A DNA stretch of 64,000 nt from a virus. The notes beneath the pieces were generated by a model. The model saw only the letters and a program-made list of their open reading frames with translations. It was not told the origin of the DNA and did not search any database. The stretch lies in IMG/VR virus record IMGVR_UViG_3300001589_000003, positions 1 to 64,000 of that record; one strand, written 5' to 3'. This document shows, one piece after another, positions 1-10,656 of the stretch; positions within the stretch are counted from its first letter, which is position 1; each line of letters starts with the position of its first letter. Both the position numbers and the translations under genes were made by a program.

Positions 1-2259
1 ATTAGCAATTCTAAGCCGCACTGATTGACCTGTAGTTGCATTTATGACAGTTTGCCCTTGGAAACTCCCTCGCATATAGTAGTCATTGAGTCCTGTTAAA
101 TTAGAATGTGAAAAATAAGAATAATTTGAAACTCTACTATCTATTCTTGTCCTGCCTAATATTGTGATGGCATCAGTGTTAGCACCTACAGAAATAGTAT
201 TAGCTGTAACCGGGCCAAATAAATCTATGCCATTAGCACAAGTTAATGTAGTACCTGCTGGGTTTAAAATGAAGTTAGCACTAACATTAGCTGCATTTTG
301 TAACAGTACTAAAAATCTTGGTTCTGCACCGCCTGAGTGAACACTATCTTCAAATATAAATTGTTGCTGTTCGTTTCCTGCTGGATTATAAGTAAACATA
401 AAAGCCATATCAGTAGTACCACCTGATTCATACTCAATTGCTTTTGTTAATGATGGATTAGAACCTCCTCCCATTTCTATAACACCAGCATTGTTCCATA
501 GCCCATTACCATATGTAAAAGTACGTTCATCTACATACCCCTTATGGATTAAAGAGAGGGTGTTGAAGTTTGCAGAGTAATCAGCAAAGTATTGAACACC
601 TTCCGGTGTAGCCCTATTATCTTCAAAAAACATACCGCTTATGCCAAGTGCACTATCATTTTGTGGGTCAATTATAAGACGTACTGCGTTAGTGGTAGTT
701 CCACCTTGTATAGATGCCCAGGCTCTAGTTGTTCCCACATCTATTAACCCAAAGTTACCATGTGAGTTCGGTGTTTGAAGATTCACAAATCCCCCTGTAG
801 GAGCTTCTATACTACTCGAAGCTGATAGAGGGGTAGTTCCCCCATTTAAGAGATAAGCCCCATCATTATATCCCAAATCTGGAATCCATCTATTACCATG
901 AATACTGAATCCGTTGGCTGAATAATCAGCAGCATACCCTATACCTGATTGATTAAGGGCATCGGTAATTAACATACCCGAAGAACCTAGATGTATATGG
1001 CTTTCCAAAGCTGAGTCTCTATACCTCATATATGTACCAGTACCTAATTGACCTAATGATCCCGTGGCAGAGGATGTTAATACCTGACCGACTTCAGCAA
1101 ATGATGCTGTTATGGATGATATGGAAACATTACCATCAGCTATAGCTAATTGATCATGAGCATTAGTAGGTACAGCATCAGTGGTAAGTACTAGCCCCCC
1201 TGTTTTACTTACAGTACCTATCAAGGTATCACCTAAAGTAAATGCAGCATTAGTTGACCAGAAGTTTAAGTCTGGGTTACCAACACTCTGTGATCCCAAA
1301 TATAATATGTACCCTGTAGCTGTAGTAACAGCATAGAATATAGCATCAGGTGTTTCAGTAGTACCTATAGTACCGTCTGATTGAGCATAGTATTTAGTTT
1401 CTGGAGTTAACCCTGATAGTCCTAACATAAAACCATCAGTTGTGAATGTAAAATTATCCACATCTGACACTGCAGTAACTATACCTAATATTATATCCCC
1501 TGTTGTAAACTTAGCATATCCCCCACCCTTAAATGTTACTACGTCCCCTACTGTTAAAGCATGGGCTACTTGACTTATGGGTTTAATGATTGAATCCTTT
1601 ACAACATCTGGTGGTGTTGCTATCTGATCTATTAAGTGGTCAAGAGCTAATCTAATCTTATTTACACTGCCTGGCCAATTACCAGGTGCACCTGGAGTGT
1701 ATACTAAGTTATCAGCATCTATGTTCGCCTGGGGTAGGAATGAGTTAATGTCTAGTGGAGCAACTCCACTCGCTGCATTCAACTGAGTGACCAATAAGAA
1801 ATCCGCTGGATTAACTGGTAATTGAAAGTCGTTTTCTACCCAAGTTCCTCCCGATGTGTACACCCCACTGTATATGTATAGCTTGTTGACCTCCATCACA
1901 TTAGAGATGATAAAGCCATCTAATGGAGTTTGGAATTGCCAAGCACCAGTTTGCCACTCAACTACATTATCTTCTTTACCCGACCAGGCACCAGTTGCTC
2001 CAGTATCGGCAATCAAATACCTCTCACCTTCGGTGGGTGAACCAGGGGGTATAGCTAGTATATCTAGTACGGGTCTCAACCAATATTGAGTAGTGGGATC
2101 AGTTACTGGAACCCAGGCTGCTCCAACTGTATCATAGTAGTGAAGCTCCACTAAGTCTGGAAAAGATGGGTTTAGTATTTTACCCCATAACACATAGGTT
2201 TTAGATGGAGCTGTCTCACTCCTAATTATACCTACTACGTTTCCTATATTTACTGGCAT
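1..2259 (-). CDS. Tail fibre / receptor-binding protein with N-terminal DUF2793-like domain (3'-truncated by window edge)
   Basis: Not in ORF track because no stop in window; ATG at 2259 directly after stop of upstream gene; manual translation MPVNIGNVVGIIRSETAPSK...LAIPPGSPTEGERYLIADTGATGAWSGKEDNVVEW (DUF2793-like), then Gly/Thr/Asn-rich beta sequence open to position 1; position after baseplate genes. Confidence 0.8.
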   Translation of the reverse strand, partial: MPVNIGNVVGIIRSETAPSKTYVLWGKILNPSFPDLVELHYYDTVGAAWVPVTDPTTQYWLRPVLDILAIPPGSPTEGERYLIADTGATGAWSGKEDNVVEWQTGAWQFQTPLDGFIISNVMEVNKLYIYSGVYTSGGTWVENDFQLPVNPADFLLVTQLNAASGVAPLDINSFLPQANIDADNLVYTPGAPGNWPGSVNKIRLALDHLIDQIATPPDVVKDSIIKPISQVAHALTVGDVVTFKGGGYAKFTTGDIILGIVTAVSDVDNFTFTTDGFMLGLSGLTPETKYYAQSDGTIGTTETPDAIFYAVTTATGYILYLGSQSVGNPDLNFWSTNAAFTLGDTLIGTVSKTGGLVLTTDAVPTNAHDQLAIADGNVSISSITASFAEVGQVLTSSATGSLGQLGTGTYMRYRDSALESHIHLGSSGMLITDALNQSGIGYAADYSANGFSIHGNRWIPDLGYNDGAYLLNGGTTPLSASSSIEAPTGGFVNLQTPNSHGNFGLIDVGTTRAWASIQGGTTTNAVRLIIDPQNDSALGISGMFFEDNRATPEGVQYFADYSANFNTLSLIHKGYVDERTFTYGNGLWNNAGVIEMGGGSNPSLTKAIEYESGGTTDMAFMFTYNPAGNEQQQFIFEDSVHSGGAEPRFLVLLQNAANVSANFILNPAGTTLTCANGIDLFGPVTANTISVGANTDAITILGRTRIDSRVSNYSYFSHSNLTGLNDYYMRGSFQGQTVINATTGQSVRLRIAN

Positions 2260-2260
2260 C

Positions 2261-3019
2261 TTATGTTAAGTTTAAATATATTAAATCACCATTGTCATCT
2301 ATGTAGTATTGGCCTTCTTGTGGGCCTGATACTATTAAATCCCCAGCTGCATCTAGTGTTAAGACTAGGCCTGGATCATTTGCATTATCATATACTAGAT
2401 CACCATTACCATCAATTGTAACCTCTATAAATAATGGCTCTACAACTTCTAGGTTATAGGTTAGTGTTGCAAGGTCTGCATTGATTGGTTCTACTAAAGC
2501 TATTGCTCCTAGTATAGCATTGTATAGGTCAGCTGTTATAGTATTTGGACCGGTTATATCTAGGTCATAATCACTACAAGGCTCACAATCTCTATCGTAT
2601 TGTTGGCCTGAGTCATAGGTTATACCATTATCATAAAGTATACCCCCTGGTACTATCTCCGTAACTATAGTGTCCACTCCTAGTGTATATAGTATAGCTT
2701 CAAATGATCGAATAGTACCCTTTATTTTATATATGGATATTATATGGCTTAGGAATCTTCTATACGCTGCTTCACTATTGGTTAGATTTGGTATATCACC
2801 CAAAGTAAAACCTATGTATTCCAACATCTCTACCCTAGCAGTAAAAGGGTCTATCTGGTCAGTTACCTCGGTTACCTGACTATAATAAAACTCATCCAGC
2901 TCTAGTCCAAAGATTTCCATGTACCTTTGTATGAAACCTTTTTGTTGCCCATCTTTTAAGGAGTCCTCATCTATTATATAGTCAGGTAATAAATCTATTA
3001 TGTATTCTAGTAATCCCAT
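2261..3019 (-). CDS. Baseplate wedge / P2 gpI-like tail protein
   Basis: YRRFLSHIISIYKIKGTIRSFEAIL motif typical of P2 I / T4 gp7-like proteins; follows baseplate J. Confidence 0.75.
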   Translation of the reverse strand: MGLLEYIIDLLPDYIIDEDSLKDGQQKGFIQRYMEIFGLELDEFYYSQVTEVTDQIDPFTARVEMLEYIGFTLGDIPNLTNSEAAYRRFLSHIISIYKIKGTIRSFEAILYTLGVDTIVTEIVPGGILYDNGITYDSGQQYDRDCEPCSDYDLDITGPNTITADLYNAILGAIALVEPINADLATLTYNLEVVEPLFIEVTIDGNGDLVYDNANDPGLVLTLDAAGDLIVSGPQEGQYYIDDNGDLIYLNLT

Positions 3020-4710
3020 TATACTGATTGACTTGAAGTTGGTTGACTTAGTACTGTAATGAATAGATCAGCTACGTCTATGGTAAATAATGAAAAATCA
3101 GTTAAGATCAATGCTCCTAGGTAGGGCTGAGTTGTAAACTCCCAAGCATCACCATCTGCATATCCTCCAGCTTGTACAGTAAACTCAACTATACCATCTA
3201 TAGCTACATAGGTGGCTCCCACATCTACCTCACCTTTAAATGCTCCCTCTCTGAATACTCTAACCTTATCAGTAGCCAATATGTATTCTAGTTTCCAGCT
3301 TGTTTTATTTACAGAGGTGGCAAATGTTTCATTAGTCCATGTTAAAACGTTAGTTCCCTGAGTGGGTCTAGCATAAGGTTTTGTATATAAAGATGTTAAT
3401 GTTACAAAGTCCACATTAGTTTGGTTGTCAATTAAAGCTTGTAAATCCGATAGTCTTATACTACCATTGATTTTTTGATTGTCTATATTACCGAATTCTA
3501 CCAAAGCTGTTTCAACTTGTGTCTTAGTCTCAGTGATTGCCTTTCTTGCAAGAGCTGTTACAGTAGCCCCTATCACCACTTTGGTTTCACCCGATGCTAA
3601 TACAGTTGGAAAGGTTGTAACCATCTTTTTTAACTCAGCTTCAGCCTGGGCTATTGCTATTAAAGACCCTGAAGCTAACCCTCCTCCTGTTGGTGCTATA
3701 TATATGGGTATATCTTTACCACAATCAAAATTTACTTCGGACCTTTGAACACCTACTAAATCCTCCATTACCTGTATATGATCATCATAGGTTACCATCC
3801 TTGATAAGGTCTTTATACTTAAAGGCCCATTCTTTCTAATGCTTTCCGTGCTTTGATATAGAGCACCTGATGATGAGTTCTCTTGTGAATTAATTAGGCT
3901 TACTTCCAATGCTCCAGGTAGTACTGCATCAAGGCTTAAAGTATCTTCATCAAATAGCCCCGCTCCTACCTTACCACCAGGCCCGTCCGTCTCTTGATAT
4001 ATTACTGATAAGGTTAATGCTGCTGATGGTAATTCTCCATTTATACCATCCCCTAATATGATGTACATGTTGGAATCTATGTCTAGGTCAACTATAAATA
4101 CCTTATCATTAGCTCCGTAATTTGAGAATGATTTAACTTCTGTGTAAGGGTCAACATCTACAGTTAGTTGTATTGAGTCTTCAGTATATTTGGCACCTAA
4201 ACTAAACCTCTGGTTTAAAGTACCATCTGTTGTACCTAATGCTACATTGGTTACCTCCACTACTTGTTCCATCGGTATAACAGAGATTGTATCATTAATG
4301 GGTATAACAATATCAGAGGTAGTTAAAAATCTTATACCATCCTCGCTATCAATGAATGATCCGGCATTTATAGTAAATGCAGATGGTACAGGTATGGACC
4401 AGGTTAAAGATAAATCAACCTTTTCAGATGATCTAGCTTTTATTCTATAATCTAATATATTAGTGTGTTTAACTACGGATGTTCTTCTAGTAGCCGTACC
4501 CATGAAAGATTCCTCAGCTGCGTTGTCTATGTACAGACCTAGCATCTCAGCTATACCAGCAAACATACTTATAATAATCACAAACGGGTTTGACTCCGAG
4601 TGATCAGTCATCTCTGGGTTAGAGTTAGTTACTCTGGATAGTAGAGAAGCCTTGATAGTTTCAAATGACCTATCAAGAAAACCAATCCACGCATTTTTTA
4701 CGTCAGCCAT
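3019..4710 (-). CDS. Baseplate J-like wedge protein (T4 gp6-like)
   Basis: N-terminal DRSFETIKASLL...TDHSESNPFVIIISMFA, GDGINGELP, ESIRKNGP...RMVTYDD motifs. Confidence 0.9.
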   Translation of the reverse strand: MADVKNAWIGFLDRSFETIKASLLSRVTNSNPEMTDHSESNPFVIIISMFAGIAEMLGLYIDNAAEESFMGTATRRTSVVKHTNILDYRIKARSSEKVDLSLTWSIPVPSAFTINAGSFIDSEDGIRFLTTSDIVIPINDTISVIPMEQVVEVTNVALGTTDGTLNQRFSLGAKYTEDSIQLTVDVDPYTEVKSFSNYGANDKVFIVDLDIDSNMYIILGDGINGELPSAALTLSVIYQETDGPGGKVGAGLFDEDTLSLDAVLPGALEVSLINSQENSSSGALYQSTESIRKNGPLSIKTLSRMVTYDDHIQVMEDLVGVQRSEVNFDCGKDIPIYIAPTGGGLASGSLIAIAQAEAELKKMVTTFPTVLASGETKVVIGATVTALARKAITETKTQVETALVEFGNIDNQKINGSIRLSDLQALIDNQTNVDFVTLTSLYTKPYARPTQGTNVLTWTNETFATSVNKTSWKLEYILATDKVRVFREGAFKGEVDVGATYVAIDGIVEFTVQAGGYADGDAWEFTTQPYLGALILTDFSLFTIDVADLFITVLSQPTSSQSV

Positions 4711-5099
4711 TAGTATACAATTTTCTTATAAAATGGAAAAACAAATATTTCCTCTAGGTTGGAGTTTTTCAAACGATATGCTATAGATACGTCCATACTT
4801 TCACTCTGGGTGATATCTACAGATGTGTCTAGTACTTCTATTCGCGTTTCCCATTTAGAGAGATTATCGAATATGATAAATTCCACTAGTCCTTTTAATA
4901 CTTCATCATTAGGCTCTTCCAATAAATCCTCCAATAATGATACAAACTCAGTTAAGAATATTCTAGTATCACCCCATGACAGAATTAGTTTTATAGAGCT
5001 ATTGATTAGATCAAAACCTGTATCTAAGTCTACACCTCCACTTGCATTTACCTTGATTGGAAATGTTAGTCCTTTGCCTACGTAATTCTCTAATGCCAT
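4710..5099 (-). CDS. Baseplate wedge subunit gp25/GPW-like
   Basis: GKGLTFPI...INSSIKLIL...WETRIEV motif; synteny. Confidence 0.9.
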   Translation of the reverse strand: MALENYVGKGLTFPIKVNASGGVDLDTGFDLINSSIKLILSWGDTRIFLTEFVSLLEDLLEEPNDEVLKGLVEFIIFDNLSKWETRIEVLDTSVDITQSESMDVSIAYRLKNSNLEEIFVFPFYKKIVY

Positions 5100-5323
5100 T
5101 ATGCTATAGATAATATGATTGGTATTGGATTTGCAATAACACTAGGACTAACACCAGTAGATACTACCCCAGCTGGTATAGTAGCTTGTGCTCCTTCAAT
5201 CCAAGTTTGTAGTCCGTCAAGAAAGTTATCTATAGCTACATCTGATGATTGTTCATCATCAGTGTTATTAACTATTGCTAATAGAGCAGTCTTAAGTGCT
5301 GGTTTACCTGTTGCTAAACTCAT
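5099..5323 (-). CDS. Small baseplate-associated protein (position of spike-tip gene)
   Basis: Translationally coupled ORF between spike and gp25; function inferred from synteny only. Confidence 0.5.
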   Translation of the reverse strand: MSLATGKPALKTALLAIVNNTDDEQSSDVAIDNFLDGLQTWIEGAQATIPAGVVSTGVSPSVIANPIPIILSIA

Positions 5324-5958
5324 TCCCCTATATTTATGTTTGTTGATTTAATTTCAATTATTTCACTCCTTAAATTCTGCAGGTCAACCAAAATATTAAA
5401 TAAAGGTTGGGGTCCCATAGTTGTATTAGTTTTTGCCTTTAGTAGCAGGTCTATTAAATCTTCTAGTTTTGTTTGTAAAGTGTTTCCTAATACTGCTGGT
5501 TGTAAGGCTTCTCCATCTTTTAGTATATTAATACTTCCAGTGGATGTAACATTTATTATCCCATTGGTGTCGTCAAGTTCTATCAAATGTCCACTTGGAG
5601 TTTTAAACCAATAGTTATCAACATCTTTTAGTTCATCCGGTTTCTCCCCCTTACCAAAATACCCATAAGACCATAGAGGTTTTCTTGGATTACCCTTTTC
5701 AAACTCTATCCATACAAGGTCATTTCTTTTGGGTATTACTTGAGAACCATACCCATTACCAGAGTAGTTAGATGCAGGCCAAGCCCAATGATCTAATACC
5801 ATATCACCATATACTTCAGGGCATGCAATTTTAACTCTACCAAGACCAAGCGGATCATTTCTATCATATACATACCCTCTATATTTGGAATAGAATAACC
5901 CAAGTTTCTCTAACCCATAATTACTCATATCATTTAACAGCTTTACTATTGGATTCAT
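5320..5958 (-). CDS. Baseplate central spike (gp5/gpV OB-fold)
   Basis: YRGYVYDRNDPLGLGRVKIACP...IPKRNDLVWIEFEKGNPRKPLW...KTPSGHLIELDD. Confidence 0.9.
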   Translation of the reverse strand: MNPIVKLLNDMSNYGLEKLGLFYSKYRGYVYDRNDPLGLGRVKIACPEVYGDMVLDHWAWPASNYSGNGYGSQVIPKRNDLVWIEFEKGNPRKPLWSYGYFGKGEKPDELKDVDNYWFKTPSGHLIELDDTNGIINVTSTGSINILKDGEALQPAVLGNTLQTKLEDLIDLLLKAKTNTTMGPQPLFNILVDLQNLRSEIIEIKSTNINIGE

Positions 5959-7535
5959 TGGTCGTCTGTTATGGGTATGCTCTTTAGTTCTGATGTACCA
6001 TCAGCAGGTAATGTAACTACTTTGTTTTTATAATTACCTAATCTATCTACATTAACCTCATTAGGATTCTCCGCGTCCAGTAGGTTGTTACCATTCTTGT
6101 ACATCTTAACATTACAAATATAACCACCTTCTGGGGTTATAGTGTGTTCCACATGATATACATAATAGTTACCTGAATACTTATTACCAGCCCCAAGGAT
6201 TGTTATGATTTTGCCAGATACTAGTGATGGATCACCTATGATCTTAGCTGAAGAATCTTTTAGCTCAAGGTCATTTCCAGATTTTCTATTAACTCCAATC
6301 CCTGCAATGTCTTTAGGGTTTGTTTCTACTGTGGGTATAGTTTCCTTCTTTGAGTATACCCTAAACCCTTTAGTATGAATTCTACCAGTAGCATCCAGTG
6401 CTGCAGTTATATGGGGTCTTTTACCCAATACCACTTTGGATGTTTGAGTACCTTGTTTACTCCAGTATATAAACTTTCTATCATCAGTGTCTAGTTTCTC
6501 GGTTTCCATTATTTTAGATATGGGGTTACCGTCATCATCTTTAACTATCCTTTCTACTGACAACCCATCAAAAGTTACTGGTCTATCAAAGGGGTTGTCC
6601 TCACTTGCTATTACTTCTTCAACAGCTTGTTGTTCTAAGCTCATCTCCACTGTGTCACCAAGTACACCGTTACCCAGTTGTCCTGCACCTATACCACCTT
6701 GTATGTATTTTTTCTCATCCTCTATCCAACCCGATACTGAAGATGATATGGTGTTCTTCTTCATCTGGTAATTCTTACTAGCGGGTATAAACTCAAGGAG
6801 TATACCCGGCTCTCCTTTATATTGGTAGGATTTATAAGGTAATTGCTTTAGATTTCTCCTTTTGATTATAAGGTTATCATCTCTACCCTCCAATACTAAA
6901 TTATCTATGGGCTCTATAGCTACAGTGTCATCCATAAACTTAGCATCTGACTTTGCTGATTGAGGTAGAGCTTCATACTCCTTGTATTTGTATTGTACAT
7001 TTCTAGTGGAGTCCCTCTCAACATTAAATTTACTTGCCTCGAAATCCATTTCGCCCTGCCTAGCTAAACCAAACTGAGTAGCTGATTCCCCTTCTTCAAA
7101 GGTTTCACTTTCATCAACTACCCCATTAACTCCATCCTGTACAGATAGACCATATGATTCAGCTAACTCATCTATAGTACCTTTTAAGTTGGTGCCATTC
7201 CATACATCCTTCGAGGAGTTAAGCTTTGTATATGCTTTCAAGCAGTAGGCTTTTATCTCTAGCCTCACGCCAGTCTCATTAAAGGTGGGTATTATATCCC
7301 ATATATAAACTTTCCTCTTTTGGGTAACTCCCCCAGTAAAGCCCCATACTAATATGATTGCTTTATCCTCTTGAAGGTCAGGGTCATCCACTATGTTAAC
7401 TAGATCGGTTTCAATAACTATACTTGAGTTGTCATCTACTTTCTCGGAATGCACATAGGAAAACCTAGTAACTCTTTCAAACACAAGGTCTTGAGCTTCA
7501 TTAAATATTCTAACAAGAACTCCTGGTGCACTCAT
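5955..7535 (-). CDS. Baseplate hub (gpD / gp27-like)
   Basis: C-terminal IIGDPSLVSGKIITILGAGNKYSGNYYVYHVEHTITPEGGY typical of late-control-D hubs; synteny. Confidence 0.8.
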   Translation of the reverse strand: MSAPGVLVRIFNEAQDLVFERVTRFSYVHSEKVDDNSSIVIETDLVNIVDDPDLQEDKAIILVWGFTGGVTQKRKVYIWDIIPTFNETGVRLEIKAYCLKAYTKLNSSKDVWNGTNLKGTIDELAESYGLSVQDGVNGVVDESETFEEGESATQFGLARQGEMDFEASKFNVERDSTRNVQYKYKEYEALPQSAKSDAKFMDDTVAIEPIDNLVLEGRDDNLIIKRRNLKQLPYKSYQYKGEPGILLEFIPASKNYQMKKNTISSSVSGWIEDEKKYIQGGIGAGQLGNGVLGDTVEMSLEQQAVEEVIASEDNPFDRPVTFDGLSVERIVKDDDGNPISKIMETEKLDTDDRKFIYWSKQGTQTSKVVLGKRPHITAALDATGRIHTKGFRVYSKKETIPTVETNPKDIAGIGVNRKSGNDLELKDSSAKIIGDPSLVSGKIITILGAGNKYSGNYYVYHVEHTITPEGGYICNVKMYKNGNNLLDAENPNEVNVDRLGNYKNKVVTLPADGTSELKSIPITDDQ

Positions 7536-7828
7536 AGTAAAGCTTTAATAGTTTCAAGGTTGGGTATAATTAGCTCCTGACCTATAGTTAATTCAAATGG
7601 GTTAAATATTTTGTTAACATCCATTATAACCCACCATAGCTTAGAATCACCATAATATCTATAGCTTATCTCCCATAGGTAGTCCCCCTCCTTTAATACA
7701 TAAGACTCATCCCCTTGTGTAAAATTTGGATACACGATAACAGGTCTTTTTAATAAAGTCCTGTTTTCTTGTTCTATAAGAAACCCATTAGCATATGGGT
7801 TATTTTTTCTTAGTGATAGAGTTGCCAT
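7532..7828 (-). CDS. LysM-domain baseplate protein (gpX-like)
   Basis: YVLKEGDYLWEISYRYYGDSKLWWVIMDVNKIFNPFELTIGQELIIP. Confidence 0.9.
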   Translation of the reverse strand: MATLSLRKNNPYANGFLIEQENRTLLKRPVIVYPNFTQGDESYVLKEGDYLWEISYRYYGDSKLWWVIMDVNKIFNPFELTIGQELIIPNLETIKALL

Positions 7829-8385
7829 TAGTTATCAAATCTTCGTTCACCTATTCCTGTGTTATGATCAACTACCTTTCTTAAGGTTAATTCTTGATAT
7901 GCTTGTCTAGGTAGCATAGCGTTCTCTTTATCAAATAGAGATAGTTTATAGGGTGCTCCAGTGATTATCCATGTAGTGTACTTAAATAGATCACCAAATA
8001 TTAATAGTATTCTAGGTGGAGAATCTTTATAACCATTGGCTCTTGACAGAGATTCTACCCATCTACAGTTTGCTATAACATCTTGTCTCAATACATCAAC
8101 AGAGTACCAGTCTAAGGTTATTCTCAATTGATCCTCACCCCCTGTGTAATGATAGAATGGGTTATTTCTTCCTACTGATGGGATGACTGCCCAATTTGCT
8201 GTGGGTTCTACATCCAATTGTAATGGTACAGTTTGAATCCTTAATTTTTGTACTTGCCTGTCCCTGTCATCCAACCTTATCAACCACATGTTGGATGGTA
8301 TACTTTGAGGAAAGTCTACATTCTTCTTCTTAGGCCTACCAAATAATGGTGGTATATCTAGTTTTCTAAAAGTTGATGCACCCAT
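7828..8385 (-). CDS. Tail tube initiator / gpU-like protein
   Basis: IPSVGRNNPFYHYTGGEDQLRITLDW...PPRILLIFG; between tape measure and LysM gene. Confidence 0.7.
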   Translation of the reverse strand: MGASTFRKLDIPPLFGRPKKKNVDFPQSIPSNMWLIRLDDRDRQVQKLRIQTVPLQLDVEPTANWAVIPSVGRNNPFYHYTGGEDQLRITLDWYSVDVLRQDVIANCRWVESLSRANGYKDSPPRILLIFGDLFKYTTWIITGAPYKLSLFDKENAMLPRQAYQELTLRKVVDHNTGIGERRFDN

Positions 8386-8391
8386 AATTTA

Positions 8392-10434
8392 TTAATTTGT
8401 GTCCATTGATAACATATCAGATAATGACTCCTCTTGTTGGGTCATTATAATTTCTCCTACTTTCTTACCATCTAGGTTTACTGATGCAGCTGCAAATTTT
8501 TGGTCCGATTCTTTTGATGCTCTTGATGCTAAGAAGTCTGCCCACTTAGCATCGTGACCAATTGCTCCCTTACCACTAGTTTTGGGTTTCATATTAGATA
8601 GTAAACCATCACCCCCTACACTGTCCCACCCTAGGCTTTTCTTAAGTATAGCTTGTCTACGGTTATAGTTAGCATTAGCAGTTTTACCTTTAAAATCCCC
8701 CTTCATAAACCCTACAGTACGGTCATACATATAGAATATACCTTGAAGTAAAGTTCCTAAACCATACCCTACCAATTTTAACATGGTTTTAAATCCAACC
8801 AATGCTCCTATTACTGTAATGATCATTCCTACAGGGCCAGTAATAACTCCAAGAGCTCTACCAAGTATACCTAGTCGTAAACTAGCAAATGATAGACCCC
8901 TAATGAACCCCATTATTCCTTTACCTCCTCCCATCATAGATGCTCCACTGGCTGCAGTTGCAGCTGATTGAAACCCTTTAACTCCTTTTCTAGCAAACTG
9001 TCCTCCTGGTCCTATCCATGAAGCTCCTTGTGCTACTGCTGCATACCTTGTGGCTGCAGCTGCAGAGGAATTCCAAGCCCAAGTTAAAGTTTTACCCATA
9101 GAAGCAAAGCTTACTGTAGAAGCTAATGCCATTAGTTTTATGGAGGTGAATAACACTAGCAGCGGTCCACCTATTAGTAATACTGCAGCTATACCAGCAG
9201 CAAGGATTACAAATGGTTTACCCCATGGTGTTTTAATAAATGCAGTGGCTTTGTTTATAATATTGGTTAGCATTGGAACTACTGTTCTAAGCATTGGTTC
9301 CAAAGCATTACCTACTTGAATCTTGAATGCCTCCCATGCAGAAGTCATAATTAGGGTATCACCTTTTAATGAATCCAACCTTAATTTAGATATTTGCATA
9401 GCTGCCCCAGCTGATTTATCCCTAACTATGGATAGTAGGTCTGATAGGTTATACCCAAGTTCGGTAGCTCTAAGTAATGGTGTAAATGATCTTGCTCCCC
9501 TTACATTAAATAGGCCAGTTAATACAGATAATCTATCTGGTGATGCTAAGCCTCCAAGTTTGTTCTGGAATACAGATAGCATATCTACTAAGGGTATGAA
9601 TTCACCCTTGGCATCTTTTAACATATTAGGGTGCAACCCTATTGATTGAAGTATGTCAGTTTGTTTCTGTGTTCTGAATGGGCCTACTACCTTAGCTAGT
9701 TGAGTTAACATTTGAGATAACCCTCTACCAGCAATTGAACCTGGTATACCTGCTGATCCTAGTACTCCTATAGCTGCGGCAGCATCCTCAAAGGGTAATT
9801 TAACATCACTTGCAGCTGATCCTAAATATTTTAATGCCTCATGGAGACCCTGTACATTAACATTTGATCGAGTAGTAGTCTTAGTTAGTACATCTGCCAT
9901 CCGTATGGATGAGCTTGCTCCCATACCAAATGCTGTCATCATGTTTGTCATCATGTCAGCAGCACCACCCTTACCATTTATAGCAGTATCAGTAGCAGCA
10001 CCCAATGCTGTTACTGCATCAATTGTTTTGTAGATATCACCAGTCTTAAAACCAGCTCTACCCATATACTCCATTGCCCCACCAACTTGCCTAGCTGTGA
10101 AGATTGTACTTTGTGATACTCTTAGTGCTGTAGCAGATAAGTCCTTTAACTCAGCACCGGTTGCCCCTACAACAGCCTGGGTTCCTCTCATCAAATAATT
10201 AAACTCGGAGGAGGTCTTTGTTGCATTAGCTAATCCCCTAGCCATACCATAGCCTACTACAGTCATACCAACGCCTACTCTTCTGGCCATTCTAAGGTTG
10301 TCTTGTGCTACCCTCCTTGCATTGGAGTGCATAAGATTCATGTCCCTAGTTGCCTGACGGGCATTAGCACTGAACCGGTTATGAAGGCTTAGAGCAAGCC
10401 CTATACCCATGTTACTGGAGCTAAGAGAAATCAT
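8392..10434 (-). CDS. Tape measure protein (TP901-family core)
   Basis: TIFTARQVGGAMEYMGRAGF, ADVLTKTTTRSNVNVQGLHEALKY, GIPGSIAGRGL; Ala/Gly-rich with TM segments. Confidence 0.95.
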   Translation of the reverse strand: MISLSSSNMGIGLALSLHNRFSANARQATRDMNLMHSNARRVAQDNLRMARRVGVGMTVVGYGMARGLANATKTSSEFNYLMRGTQAVVGATGAELKDLSATALRVSQSTIFTARQVGGAMEYMGRAGFKTGDIYKTIDAVTALGAATDTAINGKGGAADMMTNMMTAFGMGASSSIRMADVLTKTTTRSNVNVQGLHEALKYLGSAASDVKLPFEDAAAAIGVLGSAGIPGSIAGRGLSQMLTQLAKVVGPFRTQKQTDILQSIGLHPNMLKDAKGEFIPLVDMLSVFQNKLGGLASPDRLSVLTGLFNVRGARSFTPLLRATELGYNLSDLLSIVRDKSAGAAMQISKLRLDSLKGDTLIMTSAWEAFKIQVGNALEPMLRTVVPMLTNIINKATAFIKTPWGKPFVILAAGIAAVLLIGGPLLVLFTSIKLMALASTVSFASMGKTLTWAWNSSAAAATRYAAVAQGASWIGPGGQFARKGVKGFQSAATAASGASMMGGGKGIMGFIRGLSFASLRLGILGRALGVITGPVGMIITVIGALVGFKTMLKLVGYGLGTLLQGIFYMYDRTVGFMKGDFKGKTANANYNRRQAILKKSLGWDSVGGDGLLSNMKPKTSGKGAIGHDAKWADFLASRASKESDQKFAAASVNLDGKKVGEIIMTQQEESLSDMLSMDTN

Positions 10435-10437
10435 AAG

Positions 10438-10656
10438 TTATTTTTTGGTTTCGTCCTCGATTTTGGTGTGGTGTATTGTTGCTATGGTGATGTACCTTAG
10501 CCTTCTGGAAGTAGCCATCTTCCTAAACTCAGTCTCTGTAAATCTCATGTCTGCGGTGCAGCAGTAGTAATACTGGTATTCAAGAGACTGAGTAGTGGCT
10601 TCACTAATATCAATTATTTCAGTCTCCCCCTCTATTAGGCTTGGGGGAAGAAAAAA
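10438..10656 (-). CDS. Tail assembly chaperone GT extension (reached by -1 frameshift)
   Basis: -1 frame relative to 10635..11420, entered at T_TTT_TTC (10650-10656); lies immediately before tape measure. Confidence 0.75.
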   Translation of the reverse strand, partial: FFLPPSLIEGETEIIDISEATTQSLEYQYYYCCTADMRFTETEFRKMATSRRLRYITIATIHHTKIEDETKK

